Origin: Styela clava
Lineage: Eukaryota
Assembly: GCF_964204865.1 (NCBI RefSeq)
Contig: NC_135262.1
Coordinates: 744,001-808,000 of the forward strand
Length of the DNA stretch: 64,000 bases
Direction: 5' to 3'
The notes under the pieces are model-generated. The model was not told the DNA's origin. It saw only the letters and a program-made list of their open reading frames with translations, and searched no databases. Both the position numbers and the translations under genes were made by a program. Below, piece after piece: positions 27,540 through 38,847 of this stretch. The stretch's first letter is position 1. Each line of letters begins with the position of its first letter.

Positions 27540-28440
27540 CTGAGAAGGATTTAATTACAAGGATCCAGGATTTTGAAAGTAGGCTATTTCCACACAAAAC
27601 CTTGGGGCTTTTGATAATGTTTATGGATTTTGCCTCATTTGCATATTCCTTCTGTACTGTTCAAGATGATGATATAACTTATATTTATAGGGTACCAATT
27701 CTGGGGGCTGAAACTGGCTTATACCATACTGGTCCTGGTAAGCCAAGAAGCGCACATTCTTCCTCTGACATTGAATTTAGTTGGGTCTGTCCCAATGTTG
27801 TAGGTCAGACACTCGAAAGGACGGAACTAGCTTTGGTGAATTCGGAAAATGTTCCAAACTTGTAATGAGAAATCGCTGCAGCAAATTGTTGGTGTTTAAA
27901 AAATTTACCTGAATGTGTTTTGTAGCAAGTCATGAAATACAAGGTTTTGTTTAGCTGCAGTATTGTCTCAATTTTCAGAGTGGATGAATTGCAGAATTTG
28001 TTGAATGTAAACTAAAGCTTTGAATTGCTGCTAAATTTTGCGCTTCAATAGCCAGCAAGCTTCGAGCTTTCGTTAGTTTATGAGGCCAGCAATATCCTCG
28101 ACAGGAGTGATGACCATACATTGCATGGGCTGTTTTATTTTTAATTTCATAATAAATCTTGTGGTTTCAAATTTGTTTTTATATTGTAGTATACGAAGGA
28201 ATAGTTTTTTTCGGGTGGGGTTGCTGCCCTTGCAGCTTCGAGTAGGTTTGACTGAAAGGATGCCTAATGGATCTTTCAATGCTAAAGGTTGATGACCCGA
28301 GCCTAGTAGTTGAAGCGTTTAAATTTAGCCCTGTTGGTATCAAAGCTTACACATGTCGGGTCCAAACCCATGTCACCCACTAGGCGTTCTTATGCATCTG
28401 GATCCTGGCGAGCAGAGCTTGAAATAGACATTTATTACCA
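27540..28440 (-). mobile_element. Possible decayed retroelement ORF fragment (Penelope-like N-terminus)
   Basis: Broken minus-strand frames contain LARIQMH..LIPTGLNL and SMSEEECALLG, reminiscent of PLE N-terminal motifs. No RT core was seen. Confidence 0.25.
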
Positions 28441-29005
28441 CGCCCAGGTTGTTGTGATCGGTATAGGTCAGCGTTTCTCAAACTGAGTCCTAACTATTCT
28501 GCTGCGATGTTCTCAGGGGTGTCAAAAACAGATGACACATAAAACAACGGCAACACAAATCTTCCATGATAGTAGCGTGTCTGTAACAAAAATACCTGGT
28601 CTGACAACCAACTGAGGGAGACAATGCATAGAAAAATCACTTTATTAAATTCATCTAATTAAATTTGATATTCAAATATCTGCACATGCTTCTGTAAACT
28701 AACAACTCTTTGACTTGTATCAGGGGCGTAGCCAAGAAATATCAGAGGGGGGTTTAAGTTTTTTTCTTTTTACATCTCATTTCCGACCCACAAAACCAAG
28801 GCCCTAGGTTGCATGCACAACTTATAGACTGAAAATCACAATTTTAGTGGTGTGATAGATTAGGTGGGGAAACAGTAGCTGCCTGTACAGAGCCTTCTTC
28901 GGAGCGAAAGGCATGGATAGAAGCCGTGAATAATTTAAAAAATCATTGAATATGCATCGACTTCCACACATTCTCTGTTGTCCATATCACGATAAAGTCA
29001 TTTCA

Positions 29006-30633
29006 TTAGTTCCTTGACACTTCGTCATTATTATAGTTTATCGCTTGTTCCTGTGGTTGTGCGACAGGCAGCGTTCCCTCGATGAATTTTAATTTTCTCT
29101 CTTTTCTTCGTTTGAAAATTCTGAAAAAATGAAAACATTACTGATTGCAAAAGAATCACTAACATATGGGGCTAGGCAGTGGCATATTTTACGTAAAATT
29201 AAGACTACGGCCCAATTTAAAAATTACCCTGTCCAAACAGCGCTCATTGCACGAGCCATGGTTGCCATACCCTAGATACGCCACTGGGTTTGGTGTCGAC
29301 CTATCTATGCCTGAGGACCCCTTCTCACTCATGGGCAAAGGTGATGAAATTGGGTACTCATTGTCGAGCGGGAAAGCATCACATATCTGCAGCTGCTCGG
29401 TTGGAGCTTTTTTCAGGGTCTCACAGTTAACACAAATTTTGTTGATAAAACAGTAGATATTTGCAACCAGAAAGATTATTTTCCAGAGACAAGCGCTGGT
29501 TGCGCTATCTAGAAACCCGAAAGCCTGTACCAGGGCTACTCAACTATTTTTACCCAAGATCCACATACAAAACTTCAAAATTATTTGAGTCCGGTCTTTC
29601 CAGAAATTATATTTCGGCATCCTTCCATCGGCTAATGATTATTGGATAATCAAGATTGTTTATCCTGGTGTTATAGTTCTTTTCATATTTATTTAAATCT
29701 ATAATAATGGTTTTATAAGAGGAAACTTTAAAAGTGGGGCTAATGATCCAAAATAAAGAATTAGATGCAGTACGAATCAAATACTCGAAAGGTCCCGATT
29801 TGGACCGCGGTCCGCCAGTTGAGTGACCCCGATCTATAACATACCGTAGGTTCTGAAAGTGCTCCATTAGAGTAACCTAAGGGCTCCCCAAGTTATTCGT
29901 TAACTTATTAAAACACTGACTTGGCGAATTTTATAGCTTTGCAAAAGAGCAATAACGGTATCAATGAAATTTCACAACGGCAGCGTCGAAATGTGTCAAC
30001 AAGGCGGTACGGTAATTCAAATATGACATTATCTATAAGCTCCAAGGAATTTTAATTCTGGCGCGGCGGTGTGGCTCAACGGGCTAAGCGTTAGGAATAC
30101 GCTCTCCACCGCACCTCTAATTACTCTGCATGGGTTCGCAGGTTCGAATCCCATGCAGGGATGGTTATGTGCGAGAGGTTGGGTGGTTCACGCGGTTACG
30201 GCTTCCTCCACCACCAAGTCCATGCTTTCGAAAACAAACAATATAACTAATCCCATACCCGACTTGGAATGGTAACCGGACGAGAGGCCGTGGTTCGCCA
30301 TATGGATAAGCTGTCTTATCGGCTATCCTCTCCCCCAGGCTAAATATGTAAATCCTATCCTAATTTAGTCACAAATGGGTGAAAAACAATGTTTTTTCTT
30401 TATTTCAAATTTATTGTGAGAATCCGTAAATAATAATCAATCTTTTCACGGGCTCCATAACATCAAAAGTTTGAGAACCCCTGTTCTAAAACACACCATG
30501 AAAATTCAACTTACTCATAAACAATATTCCCAAGAAACACGCTGCCGACGACCGTAGTGATTATTAAACTAGAGGAAACCAATTTGTATCCTCTATCCAT
30601 CCAGATCTCACGAGATTTCCAATTCCAACCCAT
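29006..30633 (-). CDS. COX14: Cytochrome c oxidase assembly factor COX14-like, 2 exons, 77 aa (absent from the ORF track)
   Basis: Exon 30633-30515 (GA|GTAAGT) joins exon 29120-29006 (TTTTTTCAG|A) in phase 2. Protein: MGWNWKSREIWMDRGYKLVSSSLIITTVVGSVFLGNIVYEIFKRRKERKLKFIEGTLPVAQPQEQAINYNNDEVSRN. The D-x-GYK-x-x-S-x-S, single TM, VY..F..RR layout is that of COX14. AATAAA at ~28641. Confidence 0.8.
30064..30362 (+). mobile_element. tRNA-derived SINE (family A) in the COX14 intron
   Basis: Box A TGGCTCAACGG, box B GGTTCGAATCC, SINE body and ATCCTATCCT tail. Confidence 0.88.
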
Positions 30634-30930
30634 TTTACTAGGTTTTGCTGTAAACAACCGTTGATAAACTAGAACTGCAGTGAGAAATCAAATCAATAAA
30701 AATATACTGTAAGCGGTTAGAGATAAACTAGAGTTGTGCTGAGATAATAAATCGATGGAAATAAATAATAACGAAAGTAACCATCAACAAAAAAATAGAA
30801 TGAAATGATGCCTGATCCAACAAAGCAAGGTGACACTGACTGAATGAGATAAAGGGGAGATATCGATACCACTGACTTAATAATCGATTTTGCTCAAAAC
30901 GAGGAGTTATTGCCAGTTGATGAACTAAGC

Positions 30931-31371
30931 CAGTTGTTCCCAACCTTTTAAGGCTCGTGGCCCTCTTTCAGTACTTGTGGCCCCGATTTATTTGCCCTAA
31001 GAAATTGATACAGATAAGTCTATGATGTATTTACGACTGTTCATGGTATACAAAAACAAATGGAAAGCCAAAGAGTCGAGGGTGTTTAGTATGCGACCAA
31101 TCACAAATATTAAAATTCAAAGTGTTTGAATATGTTTATATTGGTAATTTGATTGGCAGGTTCCAATATTATCAAACAATTTGTGCACAAAAAAGGGAAA
31201 ACGCTATGCCACTGAAAATGATTTACAGAGAAAGAGAAATGTTTTTTTAAAGGGAGAAGTATTGAAACAAAATTGCATTAATTAAAAGCAATTCAGCGTC
31301 CAGTATATTGGCCACTCTTAAACTGTACTGTGACCCCTTGGGGGCCATGGGCCCTCAATTGGGAAGCACTG
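30931..31371. mobile_element. hAT-like MITE
   Basis: TIR CAGTTGTTCCCAA / TTGGGAAGCACTG, TSD AACTAAGC/AACTAAGT. Confidence 0.72.
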
Positions 31372-32770
31372 AACTAAGTGATGTTTTAGATTTACCAAAT
31401 GTTATATGTAAAAAAAAGGAAACCAACCACCGATGAAAATATTTCAGAGTTCGGGACAGATATGTAATTAGGTATTAGATAAAATATGAGCCATAAACCA
31501 TAAAAGCATCACTGAAATAGGACACTCCTGAATTCTGCCAATACAGACTGGGATTATATAAACAACTGACCAACTAAAGCCGACATAAAAATACCTAATT
31601 CTTCGATTCACTCCTTGAATATAATAGATAAAGATAAGTAACTATTAATATTGAAAATGAAACATTTTTTTAAATGAATGGGATTTAAAACAGAGACGAT
31701 AACCTGTAATGTTATAAACACTTTACCCAGTGGGCCACCGCACCAATGAAACTACACTAATTGCATGAGAAAATCTAAGGTTACGAAGAATACTGTTGCC
31801 ACAAGCACATTTACTCAATATAATATATCGAGAGCTTCAAGTGAAAACTTAAAATAGCTGTTTTAAGTTGACATCTTCAACTTTTATTCTTGAAATACTT
31901 CAAACTAGGATTAGATATCAGCTTGAAAGCATTATTAATTTTTTGGGTATTCCTGTAGTATGTGTACCAGGTTAGAGTATAATTTTATTCCGATTTTCCC
32001 TTATTTTAGTTCTATAACGATTTCGGGGACTGTCTGTGTTAGCCAAGTGAATATTCCCCCCAACATATGTCTCAGTCCCTTCACACAACTTGATGTAAAG
32101 TAGATGAACAAAATTAGTTACCTCCATATTGGTACACACACTTCTGGAGCACCATTTTTGTAATTTCAAATGTGTTTTTTTTTTATATAATTTCAATATT
32201 CATCCCTTTGTCAAAAAGCTCATGAGGCTTCCACATTAAATGAACACTGTGTAATATTTAAAAAAATAAGATTGCACAAAAATAACCGCTGTCTTAAACC
32301 ACCAACAGAACTTCAAAAAATAAATATCAATATAAGGTGTTCTCATTGAGAACAGACTTCATAACAAAATTGTAAAGGGATTTTATGGACAACCTGTATA
32401 AATCAAGAAATATTTACAATATACCAGATTAATTTTTTTTAAATCTCAACTCCGATTTTATCCGATTGCATAATTTCAAAGAACCTGCTAAATTCTCCTC
32501 TGCAAAAGTTTTCTATTCAATTTCTAGTCAAATATTTAATGTGTCTTGTTTTTAACCCACTTCAATTTATTGATCCTTTTTAGGCCAAACCCTTGTGGGG
32601 TGGCCGACTAGATTGTTTAAATAAAGACTTTTTCCTATATTGTTCAACAATTCCATGTGGCTCAAAGTAGCCGTTCCATTTTTTTTTAAATTTTAAAATT
32701 AAAAAAGTTCGAAGACATGGTTAGACGAATATCAATTTAAATTTTTGTTTCCGAATTCTAGCCAGCGAGG

Positions 32771-33973
32771 TTACAAATTTTTCTTCGAATCCAGGCATTT
32801 TGCACTCTTCTCCTTTCTTTCTGTCAATGCTCTTGCTTCATGGATAAAGACACTAAACCTTACATCACATTGCGAGGCCGCTCGCACAAAACCAGTGTTT
32901 GCTGTCACAGTGACTGCTTTGAGGCTATCTCCCGTACCAAATATAACCTTTGACCTCTCATTGATTTTTCCACTATTCTGTAGAAACATTGTTCTTTCAG
33001 ACGGGTTGTCATCGACAACGATAACCTTTTTTAAAAGTTCATAGGAGCGTATTTTTTCTTTCTCACCCCCAACAGTTTGCACAATATCGTTGAAACTTTT
33101 TATCGCAGTTTCGCAAGCGTAAAGCGTTTTATTTTCAATAAATTTCTCAATTTTTGACAAAACAGGGGAATTCTGTTCCTCAATTGCTTGCTTTGTTAGC
33201 ACAGGGACTGCAAATTCGAAATTATTTTTTCCGTGGCACAAGTTGGACACTAAACATAATAACGCAGTAATGTCTAAATTTACAGAAGTTGTTTTGTGCT
33301 TTTTTGATTCCAATTTTGGGCAAATTAATTTCGAATTATTCAATAAATTCTCTGTTTCGAAGTTTTGGTCGTCGACTATATTTCCTTTGACTGTGATCCC
33401 AATTTTTTGTAAACCATTTGCGATGGTTAACGGAACACCTTTATAAAACACAAAATGTATTTCTGGAGGGTGGAAATTGTTTAAATTTGTGTTCGCTGTA
33501 GCCAATAAAAGTTCTGCTTGAGTGATGATGCTCTTCTCTCCGAAGCCTCCCCTCCCTTCCCAAGCTGTAAGAAGCGCTTTCGCATTGCGAGCAACTACCT
33601 TCATCCAAGTGCTCCCGTCGTTGCAAACAATGTCAACAATAACTTTTCGCTCTTGGTCGAAAATTTCTTCCTCGTCTCCATTTTGAATACCAACATGGAA
33701 TGGACACAAGATGGCGCTGATGCACTTCGTATCTTCAATACAAGTAACGAGCGCTTCTAAGCTTGTTAAATTCGAGCTGCTAAGATGATCATCTTTAAAT
33801 TCAATTTTTCCGCTTATTATTTTTTTCAAAAATCGTAACTCTGATTTTATTCGATTGCTCAATTTCATAGAACCCGTTAAATTTTCATCTGCAAAAGTTG
33901 TCGATTTTTCAAACAATTTTTCCGCAATGTCAATTCTTTCTTGAATCTTTTCCCGCCAATTTTCATCATCCAT
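32771..33973 (-). CDS. C7orf25: UPF0415 protein C7orf25 homolog (DUF1308), intronless, ~400 aa
   Basis: Motifs SELRFL, HLSSSNL, VDIVCNDGSTWMKVVARN, NLDITALLCLVSNLCHG and VIFGTGDSLKAVTVTAN.GFVRAA. The first ATG is at 33973 (the ORF track starts at a TTG). Acceptor at 34021-34020. Confidence 0.9.
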   Translation of the reverse strand: MDDENWREKIQERIDIAEKLFEKSTTFADENLTGSMKLSNRIKSELRFLKKIISGKIEFKDDHLSSSNLTSLEALVTCIEDTKCISAILCPFHVGIQNGDEEEIFDQERKVIVDIVCNDGSTWMKVVARNAKALLTAWEGRGGFGEKSIITQAELLLATANTNLNNFHPPEIHFVFYKGVPLTIANGLQKIGITVKGNIVDDQNFETENLLNNSKLICPKLESKKHKTTSVNLDITALLCLVSNLCHGKNNFEFAVPVLTKQAIEEQNSPVLSKIEKFIENKTLYACETAIKSFNDIVQTVGGEKEKIRSYELLKKVIVVDDNPSERTMFLQNSGKINERSKVIFGTGDSLKAVTVTANTGFVRAASQCDVRFSVFIHEARALTERKEKSAKCLDSKKNL

Positions 33974-34882
33974 TGTGATATAATAATCCAATAAAAATTA
34001 GTTTGATCTACTAATATATCTGCAGAAAAAAAACAACAGATTGAAAAAATGTCAAAAAGTCTTTAGAGTAGAATGATTGAATAATAATAATTGTTGAGTA
34101 AAGTTGTAAACAGATTTGAATGAAATCAATTTATTTTTTGTTGTTAGGAGCAAAAACAAATTCCCAACTGGAAATAATCTTACAGACATGCACTGACATA
34201 ATTACTCATAAACCAATCATATACGTAATCACCTCCCTACTATCCCAAAAAAACTGATATCAAAATAATTTTTGGTAACAGTTCGGAAACATAGTTTTAT
34301 TATTATGAAACTAGCAAAGTAGGCCATTTTAGTTTTATTCAAAAATGCTAAATTTGAATTTTCAAATTCGTAAATTTACAGCAATGGAACCAAATAAACA
34401 TTTACAATTTGAGTCCCTAAAGAGTAATCAATGTGGAACAGAGCATGTCTGTTTAAGTGAAACTACATTCCCACAGAAAATCGTTTTTAAATTAGCATGT
34501 CCTTGAAAGTGTCTTTTGCGAAAAACCGCAACAGAGTTTCAGTAACTGTCTGCATTTAGCGTTCTAGAAATGAGAGTTTGGGCTTTATGGGTCATCTTTA
34601 CTCTTGCTATGGTATCCTTGCATTATAAACATACGCATATTCACCAGCATAAAGGCATAGAAAATAAGTAGGTGGTCACACAGATTGTATTTGTGTTATT
34701 ATGCAGCAAGACTCTAAGATCCCTTAGAGTAGTTGACTTTATTCTTGTTACAGTATCCTTGCATCATGGGCATTCACCAGTGCAAAAGCATAGGTGCTAA
34801 TTCGTTAGTTCTGCAGAAACCCAATTGACAGGCTAAAAAACAGAGTTCTACTCTAGAAGACTTCTTGAATTTCTTCAAATCT

Positions 34883-36655
34883 TCATTTTGACAATTTTTC
34901 AATCAGTAATTCTGTCGACTTCACTTTTTTATTCTTCTTCAAAAGCTTCAAATTCTTTTTCAGCATCTTCGCAGATTTTGAAGCAACTTCTTCTATCGGG
35001 CATTGTATGAGACTCAACAGAACTTGACTTCCTCTGTTACAAGAACACCAGGAGGAGATATTTTCAGAAGCAACAGTCTCTAACAAACTTTTAGCAAACG
35101 AAACTGATGTATTATCGTCAGGTTTATGGGAGATTAGTCGTTTGACAAGTAGATGTCCAGCAGCGTCTTCCACAAGATGTAATTTACCGTTGCCATCGGT
35201 AACGCCAGCTTCGAAAGGTACCGACAACAATTCTATTAACGCTGAAATTAATTCAGAAACATCTGTAGAGCAGTGGTTAATTGCAGCCTCGACTAACATA
35301 AATAATGACTTGTCTCGAGCAAGGGTGCTGATGTTGTCTTTTAAGTAGGAAACAAGTCCAGGAGAAATAATGGCAGTTAGCTCTTTATGTCTTGTTTCCA
35401 TTGGTTTTTTACTGTGTTTATTTCGATCCCCTTGCGACAGAAACGTGACGGTTTCTGGCAAAAAATGTGACTTGTTTCGGGGAGAGATCAAGTACAAAAG
35501 GACTTTTCTTGCATATTTGTTATTTATGATTTCAGGAATCATTTTCACAATGGAAGCAATCAAAGCTTTATTCATGAAAACTGTGTCGTCGACAGAATCG
35601 AACGCAGCCAGAAGAGCTAGATGTCCGTATTCTTCTTGGCACAGTTTTCTAATGAACTCTTTCATCGTTCTAACAATGACTTTTCGGTCTTTGGCCGTTC
35701 CATGCCATAGACACTGCATAGCGACGTGAGCACCATCTCTCGTGTGCATCAAATGAATCACAGAATCCCTCAGAAGTTCGATCGCTTCCGAACGCAACTG
35801 CTCCTCATCACAAAACGTGAAAAATTCGTTAAAAACACGATGAACGATTGTGTGAGTAATAACCTCCTTATCAACCAACGGAGTCAGACACTGCTTAAAA
35901 TTGCCGAGAATCATCGACTTTTTCTCTGGCTGTTCTTTAAAAACATCCTCAAGTGTCGAACTGTCGTTTGATTTCGTCACGTTGAATGTATTCCCGTACA
36001 ACTGCTGAACTAGAAAGTTCCTTTGTTCCTTATTGGCGTAAATATTATACGCAAACTCAATCACACTCGCTGGTCCTGGTTTTCGAATTAATTTCGGAAC
36101 CAATCCAGCAAACGCATGAATGATTTCATCTCTTTGTTTTGATGATCCGTATTTTAAAAACTTCCACACCATATTTTTCGAATATCGATTTTTCGACATG
36201 TTTACGATCTCAGATTTTAATTCATCGTAAATAGACTGTCGCTGTTCCTCGTTACCTTGTTTTAAACAGCTTTGTAGAACTCGTGATGTGTCGTGAGCGT
36301 ACATCAAATCCACCAACTTTTTGTCTTGTTTCTTAACAGTTTTCATCAATTCATCTACAAGATCTACTTTTTCCGCTTTCGTCATTTTATTCTTGTTTCT
36401 TCGAAGCTTTTCCCATTGCTTCAAAGTCTCTTTTGATAACTCATAATTAGGTTTTTGCATTTTTCGAGTCATTTTTCTATCTTTTCTCGTAGCAGCTGTG
36501 TCCTTTGACAATTTTTTTTCTGTTTTATCATCATTTTTAGCTCCGTCACTTTTGGCAATATTTTTAGGTGGTCCAGCGACTTTTGCTTTTTTTGCTTTAA
36601 CGACTTTGTCAGATTGGTCTGACTTTGAAATGTCACGCTTTTTACTCAACGTCAT
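34883..36655 (-). CDS. PUM3: Pumilio homolog 3 / Puf-A (KIAA0020), intronless, ~590 aa
   Basis: Basic N-terminus, then AHDTSRVLQ, HTRDGAHVAMQCLWHGTAKDRKVIV, FDSVDDT and WCSCNRG motifs (PUF repeats plus CPL domain). First ATG at 36655, after an acceptor at 36672-36671. Confidence 0.93.
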   Translation of the reverse strand: MTLSKKRDISKSDQSDKVVKAKKAKVAGPPKNIAKSDGAKNDDKTEKKLSKDTAATRKDRKMTRKMQKPNYELSKETLKQWEKLRRNKNKMTKAEKVDLVDELMKTVKKQDKKLVDLMYAHDTSRVLQSCLKQGNEEQRQSIYDELKSEIVNMSKNRYSKNMVWKFLKYGSSKQRDEIIHAFAGLVPKLIRKPGPASVIEFAYNIYANKEQRNFLVQQLYGNTFNVTKSNDSSTLEDVFKEQPEKKSMILGNFKQCLTPLVDKEVITHTIVHRVFNEFFTFCDEEQLRSEAIELLRDSVIHLMHTRDGAHVAMQCLWHGTAKDRKVIVRTMKEFIRKLCQEEYGHLALLAAFDSVDDTVFMNKALIASIVKMIPEIINNKYARKVLLYLISPRNKSHFLPETVTFLSQGDRNKHSKKPMETRHKELTAIISPGLVSYLKDNISTLARDKSLFMLVEAAINHCSTDVSELISALIELLSVPFEAGVTDGNGKLHLVEDAAGHLLVKRLISHKPDDNTSVSFAKSLLETVASENISSWCSCNRGSQVLLSLIQCPIEEVASKSAKMLKKNLKLLKKNKKVKSTELLIEKLSK

Positions 36656-38498
36656 TGTGAAGTTTCTGAACTGCAACAAAGACTATTTAATTTCTTTCTT
36701 ATTATATTTTCTGCGAATTAAAAAAGGTAAATATGTTTTCCTTTTTTGGTCTTTTGAAGAAGAAAGGGATAAGACGGATAAATGAATGACGAACTATATT
36801 TATATCGGAGGAGACGCACCTCTGATTACCCTGCATGGGTTCACATCCTACTGTCAGGAATAATTACAGTATGGCACACTATACAAATCGGGTGACATTG
36901 TCCCGTTTCAGAGAAACCCATCTTACAGATGATCAGACACCCCTCCTTTGGAAGACGTCTGGACATTGTTGTCCATCAATATCGGTAATAATAGTTTAAC
37001 GAAGTTGCGCAAAATGCTACAAAAAAGCGCAATCTAGTAACGTCATCATTGAATTCCTTGGGAAAAAATAATCTGATTTACCAAAGGAAAAAAAAATGTT
37101 ACCGTGGTATTCGAGAGTTTTTAGCAAAAAACGGCAATTTTGGTCATGTGACGGCCGCGATTAATTTGGATTATTATTGAGACAAGCATGGCGCGATATG
37201 AAGCATCTGACGTGGTCCCAGACGCCCCTCGTTTGCGAGACACATGAAGTGTTTGTTTTATTGAGCCAAATGGAGGGAAATTCTTGGAATTTGGATAGTG
37301 CTGTACTGAATTATGTGCGAGAGGGTTGCTCGACTCGACCTTAGCGCGGTTCATGTTATCGCTCGTCGCTGACTAATCTCTTAAGTTATCCAACATGGAC
37401 TGGTAACTGGACGAGAACCCGTGGTCTGCCATATGGTTAAGCCGTCTTATCGAATTTCTTCTCCCCGGAATAAATATGTAAATCATATCCTAATAGGCCG
37501 GCTTAATCATGAAATAGAATCTACAGTGTTTGTCCTGGCAGCCTGGAGAAGAGAAAACCCAAGGGGAGGGCTTAATGATAGAGTGGAAGTGGTGACTCCT
37601 CTACGACCCACGGCCTGCCTATCAAGTTGTGTAAGTGGACTATTTACATGGCTGAAACAGACAGTCTCCAAACTCATAATATAACTATAATGTGAAAAAT
37701 CTGAACAAAATTTTGTCCTAACCCTAACCTGGTACACATACTACAGGAGTATCCTTTTTTGTTGCTTGGTATTTTGCTTCATTTTTATATAAACGCTTAT
37801 CGTAAGAAAAAATTCAAAACATAGAATTACTGAATTAGACACCTACCGTACCGTACCGGTACCGTATACAACTAGTCTACACGTGGGGTCTTTTGCTGTC
37901 GACTAGGGCGCATGATCCCATAATAGATTTCAAAACGATCCACATATATTCGTATATTAAGAAAATACGCATTGTTTTTCCTTCCCTCAATCGTGAAAAA
38001 CGTGCATTCGTTCCTTGACCTCTCTTTACAGCCTCGCTCAATTCATCTGCACTTGCCAGATTTTAGAATTATACAAGAACCTAAATTTACTTCATTAGCA
38101 TTGTAAATATTTGGTCTGCACATTTAAAAAAAATTAATGCAAAATATTACAGGTACAGTGCATAAAAATTGCTTCCATATATTATACATTGATTAACTTC
38201 TATGGGAATATTTCAACGTCACAAGTAATTACTATCAATTCTACAAGTCCGGTACACGGCAGTGTTAATAAGAACTGAGCGACCTTTGACCCAATGTTTT
38301 CCCCTCAATTTTTAAAGTGTGCGAGGCAGGAAAGGAAGAGATTTATTGTTTTGTCAGAGAAACAAAGACATAAATTAAATATAACGAGAAAAACGTATAA
38401 TGTATAAAAGCGCAACGTACGAGTGACGCCGTTCTACAGGCAGTAAAAATGAACAGTCGCATTTTTAGTGAGCTCAGATTTCAATTTAATTGCAAAAA

Positions 38499-38847
38499 GA
38501 TAGGATAGGGGATAGGATTTACATATTTATCCCGGGGGAGAGGAAAGCCGGCTTAATCATATGGAGAACCACGGTCTCTTGTCCGGTTACCAGTCCAGGT
38601 CGGATATGGGATTAGTTAGCCAGTTATTTGTTTTCGGAAGCACGGACTTGACGATGGAGGTGGTAGAGGAAGCCGTAACCGACCAGCGGTTACGTAAACC
38701 ATCTTACGGCGGCGAGGAGTTCGGCAATCCTCTCGCACATGATCATCCCCGCATGGGATTCGAACCTGCGATACCACGAAGGGTAATCAGAGATGCGGTG
38801 ACGAGCGTATTCCTTAACGCTTAGCACGATACGCCACACCGCCGAGC
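38499..38847 (-). mobile_element. Full-length tRNA-derived SINE (family A)
   Basis: Reverse-complement copy with intact CpGs, box B and (ATCCT)n tail. It explains ORF 38561..38824. Confidence 0.88.

Noticed and set aside
27419-27865. 148-aa plus-strand ORF after MRPS6
   Set aside because: It has a GTG start and no recognisable domain, and overlaps the dispersed hairpin repeat and a probable decayed antisense element.
30064-30160. Second tRNA gene
   Set aside because: The A/B boxes belong to the SINE head; there is no complete cloverleaf and the SINE body follows.
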